36,744 nucleotides of DNA. Origin: a virus (taxonomy: Duplodnaviria; Caudoviricetes). The DNA lies in the IMG/VR virus record IMGVR_UViG_3300012844_000002, positions 1 to 36,744 of that record, one strand, 5' to 3'. Under the pieces are notes generated by a model. The model was not told the origin of the DNA. It worked only from the letters and a program-made list of their open reading frames with translations, and did no database searches. Both the position numbers and the translations under genes were made by a program. Of this stretch, positions 6,770 through 14,633 are shown one piece after another; within the stretch, counting starts at the first letter, position 1; the number at the start of each line of letters is the position of its first letter.

Positions 6770-7873
6770 TCAGTATTGGATGGTGATGTTCGGGATCTTG
6801 CGCTCGGCAATCAGGGTGATCGCCTGCTTGGCGCATTCCTCGGTCATGCCGCCGGCGATGAAGGCCTCAAGGGCGGCACGGTTGATGCTTCGACGGTGGG
6901 CGACGTCGCGTTCGCGTTGCTGCTGCTGGCGCACGATCTCGGCGGCAGCTGCATCGGCACGGCGGCGCTCGTCCTCACGAGCCTGTTCAGCTGCTTCTTC
7001 AGCCCGGCGGGCGGCGGCCTGGCGTTCTTGCTCGGCGCGCTGCTCGGTGGCAACTCGGTCCGCTTCAGCCTGCGCTCGAGCGCGTTCCGCTTGCTCGGCC
7101 TGCAGCTTCAACTCCAGTTCGCGTCGCTCGGCAGCGGCCTTGGCTTCAAGTTCTCGGCGCTGCGCGGCTTCCCGTTCGGCCTGGGCCTTCTGCTCGGCTT
7201 CGCGTCGTACACGCTCCTCGGCCTCCCGCGCGATCCGCTCCTCGCGCTCCTTCTGCTCGCGGGCTTCAGCCTCGGCTCGCAGGCGGGTCAGTTCAGCTTG
7301 CTCGGCGTCGTACTTCTTACGGGCAGCCACGGCGACCACAAGGGCGTCCATCGACGCTTCTTTGGTCCGGGCGGCCTCCGCTTCGAACTCTTCCCAGGCC
7401 TCGCCAAGGGCGAATTGGGAGAGCTCCGTGGCGCGCGCTTCCAACTGCTCGGCGTCCAGGGCGCCCAGATCGGTGGCCAGTTCCTTCATGCGGGCGATAG
7501 CGTCGTTGTGGCGGTCGACCCGCGCGTCCTCGACCGTCTGCCAGTCGGTGAGCGGCTGGCGGACCTCATCGCGCAGGTTGTCCATGGTGGTCACGAACTC
7601 GCGCAGTTCAGCCTCGACCACCTTCGGCATTTCCTTGAGCCGGCGCAGGTAGTCGCGGCCCGGTTTTTCGACTGCGGTCTTCGACTTGCTGACCTTGGCG
7701 GCCAGGCTGGCGATGCGCTCGCGGCCTTTGCGGGTGGTCAGGTCGGGCACTTCGCCAAGGACCTCGCCCTTCACCAGGTCAATAAATTGCTGCAGGCCGC
7801 CGGCCACATAGATGGCCGGGGCGTTCGCTTCGCTGATCTCCTCGATCGCGATCAGTTTCTGTTCTGCGGACAT
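6770..7873 (-). CDS. Long coiled-coil phage protein
   Basis: E/A/R-rich heptads; DLTTRKGRERIASLAAKV; GAGG RBS before ATG 7873. Confidence 0.85.
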   Translation of the reverse strand: MSAEQKLIAIEEISEANAPAIYVAGGLQQFIDLVKGEVLGEVPDLTTRKGRERIASLAAKVSKSKTAVEKPGRDYLRRLKEMPKVVEAELREFVTTMDNLRDEVRQPLTDWQTVEDARVDRHNDAIARMKELATDLGALDAEQLEARATELSQFALGEAWEEFEAEAARTKEASMDALVVAVAARKKYDAEQAELTRLRAEAEAREQKEREERIAREAEERVRREAEQKAQAEREAAQRRELEAKAAAERRELELKLQAEQAERARAQAEADRVATEQRAEQERQAAARRAEEAAEQAREDERRRADAAAAEIVRQQQQRERDVAHRRSINRAALEAFIAGGMTEECAKQAITLIAERKIPNITIQY

Positions 7874-8046
7874 TGGAAAACCTCGCGCCAGGCCGGCGCC
7901 GTCAGTGGAATAGGGAAAATGCCAGGTCACCCAGGACTGGAGGTATTGCCCAGGCCCTGGCTGCGGTGGATGGTTGCGCGCTCTCGCCGCTTACGCTCCC
8001 GAAGGGGTACGGTTATCCCGAAGGCCCGCCGTGCTCGGGTGTGAAT
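7874..8046 (-). ncRNA. Candidate structured intergenic RNA
   Basis: Two C(UUCG)G hairpins, GCGG/CCGC stem, GCCAGG/CCTGGC stem followed by a pyrimidine run. Confidence 0.45.
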
Positions 8047-8163
8047 TCAGGAAGTGATGGTGTCGGCCAGGGCGCTCAGGAGGAGCCAGCCGGTGCAGAA
8101 GGTGAGGGCGATGAAGGAGCCGCGCCAGGTAGCGAAGCGGCGGGCGCGCTGGTAGCCGGTCAT
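8047..8163 (-). CDS. 38-aa membrane peptide
   Basis: MTGYQRARRFATWRGSFIALTFCTGWLLLSALADTITS*; ATGA overlap with the upstream gene. Confidence 0.65.
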   Translation of the reverse strand: MTGYQRARRFATWRGSFIALTFCTGWLLLSALADTITS

Positions 8164-8330
8164 GGCCGAGGCCTCACAGCGATGCGCCCGGCCTTGATGG
8201 CGGCTACGAGCTTGGGCGGCAGGGAAGAGACAGGAACCTCGCGCGGCAGCCCGGCGCCGATGATGGCCAGGCTGCGCTCGATCTGCTCAAGCTGCTCGTC
8301 GATCAGGGACTTAACCGGTGCAGTGCTCAT
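8160..8330 (-). CDS. Hypothetical phage protein
   Basis: MSTAPVKSLIDEQLEQIE...; GGAGG RBS, ATGA overlaps on both sides. Confidence 0.7.
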   Translation of the reverse strand: MSTAPVKSLIDEQLEQIERSLAIIGAGLPREVPVSSLPPKLVAAIKAGRIAVRPRP

Positions 8331-8518
8331 GCAACCTCCTTGCGCCCACCAACGATCTTGTTGAGGCGCCCGCAGTAGTGGTTGAACTCTTCGATGGTGA
8401 TGCGCTGGTCGGCCATCATTTCGGTGAGCTGCTTCTGGATCATCACGGACCAGCTCACCGGAGTGGATGGATCGGCCAAGGCATCCAGCTCGTTGTCGAG
8501 CAGGACATGCGGGCTCAT
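8327..8518 (-). CDS. Hypothetical phage protein
   Basis: 63 aa, ATGA-coupled. Confidence 0.7.
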   Translation of the reverse strand: MSPHVLLDNELDALADPSTPVSWSVMIQKQLTEMMADQRITIEEFNHYCGRLNKIVGGRKEVA

Positions 8519-8931
8519 AGGCCTGCCTCGTCAGCCTCATGCTTCAGGCCCTGCTCGGCGTACTGGTCGAGCATGCCCTCGGCTATCTCATACAGCTTGC
8601 CGTTGATGTGATCGCTCGTACCGACGATGTCCTCGACCATGCTTTTCACCGGTCCGCCGGCCTTCGCCTGGAGCAGGAGGAGGGCGAGGGCGGTGATGTC
8701 GTCTTGCTCGGCTTCCTGCAGCGACCGCAGGTGCTCGGCGACCTTGGCCACGTACTCCTCCTGGCGAACCCCAATCGGGCCGCCGAAGCGCTGCGGGATC
8801 AGAACGTCGCAGCCGCCCACCAGGGCCTCGGCGTTGCTCTCGATCCAGTTCTGAGCCGCTGCCTGGTACGCAGAATCATCGTCAGGCTCGGCATTGTCAT
8901 ACCGCCATTGTGCTGCTCGAAGTGCGCCCAT
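8515..8931 (-). CDS. Hypothetical acidic phage protein
   Basis: 138 aa, GGAGG RBS. Confidence 0.75.
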   Translation of the reverse strand: MGALRAAQWRYDNAEPDDDSAYQAAAQNWIESNAEALVGGCDVLIPQRFGGPIGVRQEEYVAKVAEHLRSLQEAEQDDITALALLLLQAKAGGPVKSMVEDIVGTSDHINGKLYEIAEGMLDQYAEQGLKHEADEAGL

Positions 8932-8951
8932 GGTCGCCTCCAGGTGGTGGG

Positions 8952-9173
8952 TTACTCGGTTGGTGGAGTGAGGTGTGGCTGCCAGTGCGTCACGCGGTGC
9001 TCGAAGCGCGAGCCATCGCCGTAACGCCAGTCGATGCCATTCCAGTAGAGGAAGCGGGCGCCGTTGAAGGCGCTCTGTGCTTTTTGTGCTGGTGTGTAGG
9101 CGATTACCCAGGCCTTGCCGCCACCCCTGGGCAGCTGAGGCATGCGCTCAGCGCACTTGATCCAGCCGCTCAT
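8952..9173 (-). CDS. DUF551-like protein
   Basis: MSGWIKCAERMP...VTHWQP signature. Confidence 0.8.
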   Translation of the reverse strand: MSGWIKCAERMPQLPRGGGKAWVIAYTPAQKAQSAFNGARFLYWNGIDWRYGDGSRFEHRVTHWQPHLTPPTE

Positions 9174-9421
9174 GGCTCTTCTCCACGGCGACGGCGCTCG
9201 GTTGCCATTTCCATATCCAAGTCATGTCGCTCCTCGCTGATCAACTCGGCTACGGCATCTTCGATTTGGGCCATGGCCTGCTGCTCGTCAGCGGCGCGAC
9301 GAATCATCACGCGCAGCAGCTGAACTGCCGCATCAAGGCGTGTTGGATAGACATGGGCCGAAAATCCGCCGGCTTCAGGCTCTTGAATCATGATCTGGCC
9401 GGTAACGCTCATTCCGCTCAT
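9170..9421 (-). CDS. Hypothetical phage protein
   Basis: 83 aa, ATGA-coupled on both sides. Confidence 0.65.
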   Translation of the reverse strand: MSGMSVTGQIMIQEPEAGGFSAHVYPTRLDAAVQLLRVMIRRAADEQQAMAQIEDAVAELISEERHDLDMEMATERRRRGEEP

Positions 9422-9780
9422 GGCTTCACCCGGGCGGCGAGCATGGCGTCGGCGAGCGCGTAAGAGGTCGCTGCAATCTTCTGCGCCACTGTCCGGCCAT
9501 CGCGCGGGTCAACGTAGTCAGGGTTGATGAAATTGCTGTCGGCGCTGGTTGAAGTTGCCTGGGCTGCTGCGAACTTGGCCGCGAAGTAGTCTCGGATGGT
9601 GATGCCGTGAGAGGGGCCGTGGCCGGCGTACTCGCTGGCCTGGACCGGGAAAGCCGGCTGCTTGCCTTCCTCAGCGGGTTGGCACTCATAGCAAATGCCG
9701 CCGATCTGCTCGGATTCGTCGATGCAGCTTGCGCAGCGAAGGCAGCGACCTACGCCAGAAGGTTCTGGTGGCTGGTACAT
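9418..9780 (-). CDS. First pL gene, conserved phage protein (GxTxRDYFAAK...YALADAMLAAR type) with N-terminal CxxC/CxxC
   Basis: GAGGA RBS before ATG 9780; motifs in translation. Confidence 0.8.
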   Translation of the reverse strand: MYQPPEPSGVGRCLRCASCIDESEQIGGICYECQPAEEGKQPAFPVQASEYAGHGPSHGITIRDYFAAKFAAAQATSTSADSNFINPDYVDPRDGRTVAQKIAATSYALADAMLAARVKP

Positions 9781-9793
9781 GGTTTGTCCTCTG

Positions 9794-9869
9794 GACCGCA
9801 TTGGCCAGGAGCCAGGCGCGGGTGACCAAACCCACCGTGAAAGGTGGCCTGACGCCTGCCAATGCGGTC
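9794..9869 (-). ncRNA. Long stem capped by a branched junction in the pL leader
   Basis: GACCGCATTGG/CCAATGCGGTC 11 bp plus two CAGG/CCTG stems plus GGGT/ACCC and CCACC/GGTGG arms. Confidence 0.55.
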
Positions 9870-9932
9870 GAAGTGAAGGGAAAGGGGCCGTGCGCCTCAG
9901 CCCGCTACTGGCGGCAGCATCGGCGCGATATC

Positions 9933-9944
9933 TGTCAAAGAACT
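9933..9944 (-). promoter_or_regulatory. boxA-like antitermination element
   Basis: AGTTCTTTGACA vs rrn boxA TGCTCTTTAACA (9/12), in the pL leader. Confidence 0.5.
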
Positions 9945-10076
9945 TGAGTCCAGTCGGTCCCGCTATCCGGGGCTGGGAGATCACTTCGCTGATCCCGTGC
10001 TATCTGGCGGCTTCACCAGTCGTGTGTGGCCTTGAGGGCCTACCGAGAGGCTGTGTAGCGCCTCGGTGTTGTGCAA

Positions 10077-10105
10077 AGTAAACGCGATGTTTATAAACAC
10101 GTCAA
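10077..10105 (-). promoter_or_regulatory. pL promoter overlapping operator TAAAC-N5-GTTTA (10079-10093)
   Basis: TTGACG-17-TTTACT; A-rich upstream tract 10110-10130. Confidence 0.7.
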
Positions 10106-10160
10106 CACCTTTTGTTTATTTTTGTTTATTGCGGATGAAGGATGCCCAAATCGCAGGCAC

Positions 10161-10185
10161 AAAAAAGCCCGCGCTAGGCGGGCTT
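10161..10185 (-). terminator. Intrinsic terminator after cI
   Basis: AAGCCCGC-ctag-cGCGGGCTT-TTTT on the minus strand. Confidence 0.85.
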
Positions 10186-10203
10186 GAGCGATGCTCTGTA
10201 TCT

Positions 10204-10953
10204 CTACCAGAGGACTGATGACCAGAAGACTTTCCCTTTGATATGGATGTTCTGCTCGGCCATCTCCTGGGCCGTGTATTCCTCATCTGGGTGCTCGTCC
10301 CGGTTGAAGCTGCGCATACGGATGCCGCCCCCGGGAAGGCGATAGAGGGTTTTCACCCTTAGCTGACCGTCATGATCGATGGCGTACATCTTGCCGTCTA
10401 CAACTGCAGTGCTGCCCTGATCCACGCCGACAGTGCTTTTGTCCGGAAGCACGGGCTCCATGCTGTTGCCACTGACCGTGACGCACACAGCGTCATCTGG
10501 TTGCACACCCTGCTTGCGAAGGGTCAGTTTGCCGAAGCGGAGCTTCTGCTTATGGGACTGCTCTACAACTGTCCGGCCGCTGCCGGCAGAAAGCTCCACT
10601 TCCTTGAGGAACGGCACATAGACCTCGTCTTCATCCAGCGGGGTGTCGTCATCCCAGGCATCAATAGGCCCGAGAATCTCGGCGTTGGATTTCTCCAGGC
10701 AGACTCTATCGTACTGACTGTCATCATAGGGTCTAGTGCCCCAGTTCTCAGAGCCTTCACCATCCTGCAACCAAGGAATGTTGACCCCAAGCAGGGTCGC
10801 AACCTTGAGCATCGATTTTCCAGGGACGCCCCTAGAGAACCAATTATTGATCGTCTGCGTGCTGACCCCCATTGCCGACGCCAGGTCGGTTGGGGTCATT
10901 CCTGTTTTCCGCATCCTCTGGCGCATGCGGTCGCCTGAATGTTGATTCGTCAT
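10204..10953 (-). CDS. cI: CI-like repressor (HTH + S24 peptidase)
   Basis: N-terminal HTH (TPTDLASAMGVSTQTINNW), SAGSG cleavage region, GNSMEP, VKTL; start could be GTG 10959. Confidence 0.95.
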   Translation of the reverse strand: MTNQHSGDRMRQRMRKTGMTPTDLASAMGVSTQTINNWFSRGVPGKSMLKVATLLGVNIPWLQDGEGSENWGTRPYDDSQYDRVCLEKSNAEILGPIDAWDDDTPLDEDEVYVPFLKEVELSAGSGRTVVEQSHKQKLRFGKLTLRKQGVQPDDAVCVTVSGNSMEPVLPDKSTVGVDQGSTAVVDGKMYAIDHDGQLRVKTLYRLPGGGIRMRSFNRDEHPDEEYTAQEMAEQNIHIKGKVFWSSVLW

Positions 10954-11005
10954 AAACACAAAGTTTACCGGGCTTGCGTTGTTTATTAAATAAACGTATT
11001 GTTGA
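10953..11005. promoter_or_regulatory. OR operators and pR promoter
   Basis: TAAAC-acaaa-GTTTA 10953-10967; TAAAC-gtatt-GTTGA 10991-11005; pR TTGCGT(10974)-17-TATTGT(10997). Confidence 0.75.
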
Positions 11006-11036
11006 GATATGTTTATTCGCCTAGGGCGGACTGTTT

Positions 11037-11240
11037 ATGGAAATCACCCCTCTGGAGCGTGCAATCCACGCCGTCGGCTCGGGTAAAGCCCTGGCCGAGC
11101 TTCTGGGCGTTACGCCAATGGCTGTTTCCTATTGGAAAACCAGAGGTGTTCCAGCCCGCCAGGCTCTCCCGATTGAGAAAGTGACCGGCGTTTCTCGACA
11201 CGAGTTGCGCCCTGACCTCTACCCATCAGAAGCCGCATAA
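11037..11240 (+). CDS. cro: Cro-like repressor (YdaS family)
   Basis: Divergent from cI; ALAELLGVTPMAVSYW...ELRPDLY. Confidence 0.9.
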   Translation: MEITPLERAIHAVGSGKALAELLGVTPMAVSYWKTRGVPARQALPIEKVTGVSRHELRPDLYPSEAA

Positions 11241-11272
11241 CCATTTTCATAGCCGCAAGGAGCTACCCCAGC

Positions 11273-11473
11273 ATGTACACAGACCCCAACCAGAAACGTG
11301 ACATTCCGGTCAAGGTTCGTTTCGAGCCAGTCCTTGACCGAATCCTTCGGAAGGCTGCGAGCAGGACCCGAATGCAGCACGCCACGTATCTGTACGAAAT
11401 CATCGAGTGGGCCGTCGAAAACGGCGTGATCGAGGAGCTGATGCAGCCCAAGAAACAAGATATCGCGGGCTGA
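11273..11473 (+). CDS. Small DNA-binding protein in the cII position (ribbon-helix-helix-like)
   Basis: VKVRF strand followed by two helices; AAGGAG RBS. Confidence 0.65.
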   Translation: MYTDPNQKRDIPVKVRFEPVLDRILRKAASRTRMQHATYLYEIIEWAVENGVIEELMQPKKQDIAG

Positions 11474-11492
11474 GGCCCCTTTGGAGGGCCGA

Positions 11493-11705
11493 ATGTTTTT
11501 TGAAATGAGCAAGTTGTCGCCTGACGCCAGACGACGGATCGAGGCCCTAATGAGGGCCAATGAATGGACCCTCGAAAAAGCGCTGAACGAGATGGCATTG
11601 GAAGCCGTCTCGGCTGGAGCTACATCCGCTGTCGGGCGGAGGAAAGCCAAGGTTTTACAACTGGTGCCCCTGAAAAGGGCCTCAGAGAGGGACTCTTCAG
11701 GGTAG
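11493..11705 (+). CDS. Hypothetical protein
   Basis: GGAGG RBS before ATG 11493. Confidence 0.65.
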   Translation: MFFEMSKLSPDARRRIEALMRANEWTLEKALNEMALEAVSAGATSAVGRRKAKVLQLVPLKRASERDSSG

Positions 11706-11733
11706 GGCAGAGGCCCTCTCTGAATTACAGGCA

Positions 11734-11764
11734 CAAAAAAGCCGGGATTGCGGCCCGGCTCTCT
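11734..11764. terminator. Probable bidirectional terminator
   Basis: AAAAAA-GCCGGG-attgcgg-CCCGGC-TCTCT. Confidence 0.6.
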
Positions 11765-11790
11765 GCAACATCACATAACTGGGACCAATT

Positions 11791-12591
11791 ATGCATATGC
11801 AGACCCACAGTGTACAGGCCCTATCAATGGCCGCGCCACAAAATGCGAACCACGATTCTGTGGCGCGCATGTCGTCACGGGAGATCGCGGAGGTCACCCA
11901 AAAGCGCCATGACAATGTGTGGCGCACCATCGAATCCCTTCACGCCAAAGGCCTCATCGGACTCCCTCAATTTGAGGAAGTCCCTAATCCGGGCCCTGGG
12001 CCTCTTTGCATCAAGCAATACCTCATCGGCAAGCGCGACAGCTTCGTTGTCGTCGCTCAGCTTTCCCCGGAATTCACCGCTGCGCTGGTGGACCGCTGGC
12101 AGCAGCTGGAGGCCCAGGTAGCGAAGCCTATGCCTGCCGACCTGAGCAAGCTGGAAATCCTCCAGATGGCCTTGGAGTCGGAGAAGGCCCGCGTCCTGCT
12201 CACTGTCCAGGTCGAGGCCCAGGCCAAGAAGATCGACCACCTGGAGAACCTGTTCAAGGAAGGCATGAGCCACGTGCAGTTCTGCAAGGGCCTCAATGGG
12301 GTCAACGTGATGCAGGTTGGACACTTCCTTGAGCGCCGAAACTGGCTCTACAACGAGAGCAAATCCGGTACCCGGTACCGCGTGGCTGCCTATGCCCGCG
12401 ACAAGTACATGACCGAGCATCAGCAGGAGATTACCCCGCACGGGAAAGAGGCGTTCATCAGCTACACGCCGATCCTCCTGCGCAAGGGCGCGGTGCGCCT
12501 GTACGAGCTGTACCTGGCCGGCGAGCTGCCCATGAAGAAGAACTGGGACGGCCTGCATACCCACGACAAGGCCGTGCGGGGTGCAGCATGA
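11791..12591 (+). CDS. Rha-family / KilAC (ANT) antirepressor
   Basis: MSSREIAEVTQKRHDNV, AQLSPEFTAALVDRWQQLE, C-terminal ANT-like domain. Confidence 0.88.
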   Translation: MHMQTHSVQALSMAAPQNANHDSVARMSSREIAEVTQKRHDNVWRTIESLHAKGLIGLPQFEEVPNPGPGPLCIKQYLIGKRDSFVVVAQLSPEFTAALVDRWQQLEAQVAKPMPADLSKLEILQMALESEKARVLLTVQVEAQAKKIDHLENLFKEGMSHVQFCKGLNGVNVMQVGHFLERRNWLYNESKSGTRYRVAAYARDKYMTEHQQEITPHGKEAFISYTPILLRKGAVRLYELYLAGELPMKKNWDGLHTHDKAVRGAA

Positions 12592-12998
12592 GCATTCACG
12601 ACATGCCAGAGGGCATGATATCCGAGTTCCTGGCTGCCTTCCGCGCAAAGTTTGGCTTTGGCGAGATGGCCGCCACCGCCAACGATGATGCGGCCGCGAT
12701 GCTTAAGGCTGCCGCCTGGGCCTGGCAGGCCTCGCGCGATACTGCGCAGGTCGCCGATATCAATCCAGAAGTCGCGGCTCTGATGCAGCGTATCGACGAC
12801 GAGGAGCGTGGCAAGACATTGCTGGCTGAAACATTCGTGCGAGAGACGGGGCGCGCCTCGATATCTGCGCTGCAGCGGAAATTCAAGATCGGGTATGGCT
12901 CAGCTTGCCGCCTTATGGACCGTTTGGTAGTTGAGGGCGTTGTCAGCCCCATCGACTCGGAAGGCCGTCGCCAGGTTCTGCCGAAGGTGTCGTCATGA
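12588..12998 (+). CDS. Stand-alone FtsK-gamma (winged helix) domain protein
   Basis: FVRETGRASISALQRKFKIGYGSACRLMDRLVVEGVVSP...GRRQVL. Confidence 0.85.
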   Translation: MSIHDMPEGMISEFLAAFRAKFGFGEMAATANDDAAAMLKAAAWAWQASRDTAQVADINPEVAALMQRIDDEERGKTLLAETFVRETGRASISALQRKFKIGYGSACRLMDRLVVEGVVSPIDSEGRRQVLPKVSS

Positions 12999-13735
12999 GT
13001 ATGGAGCTGATGGTCAAAGCCATGAAGACCAAGGTCGGCAATCCGCTGCGCAAGCTGGTGCTCATCAAGCTGGCCGACAACGCCAATGACATGGGCGAGT
13101 GCTGGCCGTCGTACCAGCACATCGCAGACCAGTGCGAAATCGGCCGCTCTACCGTCAAGGTTCACATCCGTGAGCTGGAGAAGTCCGGGCTCCTTCGCCG
13201 TGAATTCCGCCGCAAGGGAGAGCTGAACCAGTCGAACGTGTTTCACCTGGCGCTGGAGGGTGGGGCAGCTCCTGCCCTAGGGGGTGGGGCAGGAGATAAC
13301 CCACCTGGGGCAGGAGATAACCCAGGGGGTGGGGCAGGAGCTGCCCCCAGAACCAGTCACTCTTCTGAACCAGTCAAGGAACCGGTAAAGCCTGAGGTCG
13401 CTGACGCTCCAGACTCAGTCGCTTTCGATCGGCTCTGGGCGCTCTACCCGCGCAAGGTCGGCAAGTCTGCCGCTGAGAAGGCTTGGGCGAAGATCAAGGT
13501 CACCGCTGACCTGTTCGACCGCATGGCCGTCTCCCTGGCTGCCTGGACCGTGTCGACCGACTGGACCAAGGACGGTGGCCAGTACATCCCGCACGCATCC
13601 ACGTGGCTGAACGGCAAGCGCTGGGAAGACGAACTGCCTCAGCCCGCAGGCGCGGCCCCGATCGCATCCCGCCGCCCGGCCAGCGGCCCCGACTTCAACG
13701 ACACCAGCTGGGCTGATGACCTGGGGGGCCTATGA
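12995..13735 (+). CDS. Replication initiator (O-like, N-terminal HTH)
   Basis: KLVLIKLADNAND.GECWPS, FDRLWALYPRKVGK, ASTWLNGKRWEDE; internal iterons. Confidence 0.88.
   Translation: MSMELMVKAMKTKVGNPLRKLVLIKLADNANDMGECWPSYQHIADQCEIGRSTVKVHIRELEKSGLLRREFRRKGELNQSNVFHLALEGGAAPALGGGAGDNPPGAGDNPGGGAGAAPRTSHSSEPVKEPVKPEVADAPDSVAFDRLWALYPRKVGKSAAEKAWAKIKVTADLFDRMAVSLAAWTVSTDWTKDGGQYIPHASTWLNGKRWEDELPQPAGAAPIASRRPASGPDFNDTSWADDLGGL
13258..13348. repeat. Iterons / putative replication origin inside O
   Basis: TGGGGCAG at 13261, 13285, 13306, 13330; TGGGGCAGGAGATAACCCA twice. Confidence 0.75.
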
Positions 13736-14493
13736 GCGCACAACCGAAACTGCGCAGCGTGACGCAGATCATGGCCACTGCCAGCAACCTGCCGGCCGAA
13801 GTGCAGGCTCCTGCCAAGCAGTTGGACCCTGGCACTACCGAAGTGGTCAACGCCCTGTTCAAGGAGCTGCAGGCCATATTCCCAGCGTGGAAGCAGGCCT
13901 GGCCGGATGACGACGCCCTGAAGGCTGCCAAGCGCAGCTGGATCAAGTCCTTTGTTGCCGCGGGCATCAACACGCTCGAGCAGATCCGCTTCGGCATCCA
14001 GAAGTGCCGGGTGCTGGGCAAGGATTTTGCGCCGAGCAGCGGCACGTTCATCAAGCTGTGCCAGCCGACGCCGGAGGAGATGGGCATTCCGCCGCTCGCG
14101 CGGGCCTTGGCTGAAGTGCTGGAGAACTTCCACCCCAGCAGGGCGGGTTCCCGCACCTGGTCGCACGCAGCTGTGCGCCACGCGGCCCTGCAGTGCGAGG
14201 CGCAGAACCTGGGGTCGATGGAGGTGGAGCGGGCCGAGAAGGTCTTCGCCCGGGCCTACGACATCACGACCCGCATGCTGGTCGCCGGCGAGCCTCTGGG
14301 CGACATCGCCACCGGCATTGGCCACGACAGCCAAAAGAGCGTGGCCGAGCTGGCCGACGAGTTCGCCAGCCAGCGCCAGGCCCGGCTGCTGGACCTGCAG
14401 CAGATCCCGTCGAGCGCTGCCGCGTGCCGTGCACATCTGCTGGCCAAGTTGAACATAAAGCGCGCCGGGCAGCCGGCCAGGGAGGGGGTGTGA
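13732..14493 (+). CDS. Replication protein P-like helicase loader
   Basis: LFKELQAIFPAW, KRSWIKSF..GI...QIRFGI..CR, PSSGTFIKLC; follows O. Confidence 0.85.
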   Translation: MSAQPKLRSVTQIMATASNLPAEVQAPAKQLDPGTTEVVNALFKELQAIFPAWKQAWPDDDALKAAKRSWIKSFVAAGINTLEQIRFGIQKCRVLGKDFAPSSGTFIKLCQPTPEEMGIPPLARALAEVLENFHPSRAGSRTWSHAAVRHAALQCEAQNLGSMEVERAEKVFARAYDITTRMLVAGEPLGDIATGIGHDSQKSVAELADEFASQRQARLLDLQQIPSSAAACRAHLLAKLNIKRAGQPAREGV

Positions 14494-14633
14494 AGAGAAT
14501 AGCCTTAGCCATGAAAAGTGATCGGCCTCTCACCCACACAGACACACTTCCGCAAGGTTTCTGCAGGCTTGAGGCCGGTCCATCAAATTTTATAAATCTG
14601 GAAAGTTTCGAGCAAGAGGTGAGGCATGGCTGA
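14490..14633 (+). CDS. Possible 47-aa gene or remnant bridging P and ninB
   Basis: GTGA overlap with the P stop, ends overlapping the ninB start; atypical composition. Confidence 0.3.
   Translation: MKRIALAMKSDRPLTHTDTLPQGFCRLEAGPSNFINLESFEQEVRHG

Noticed and set aside
6644-8044. Long plus-strand ORFs (466 aa, 290 aa) and similar long antisense ORFs (25066..26718, 28422..29579, 14652..15593)
   Set aside because: Shadow frames of real GC-rich genes on the opposite strand
11700-11707. Perfect KOPS GGGTAGGG in a hairpin loop near the FtsK-gamma gene
   Set aside because: A single 7-base-specified motif is expected by chance in a GC-rich 37-kb window
13258-13348. Short repeats as a mini-CRISPR array
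   Set aside because: No unique spacers, in-frame within the replication gene, no cas genes
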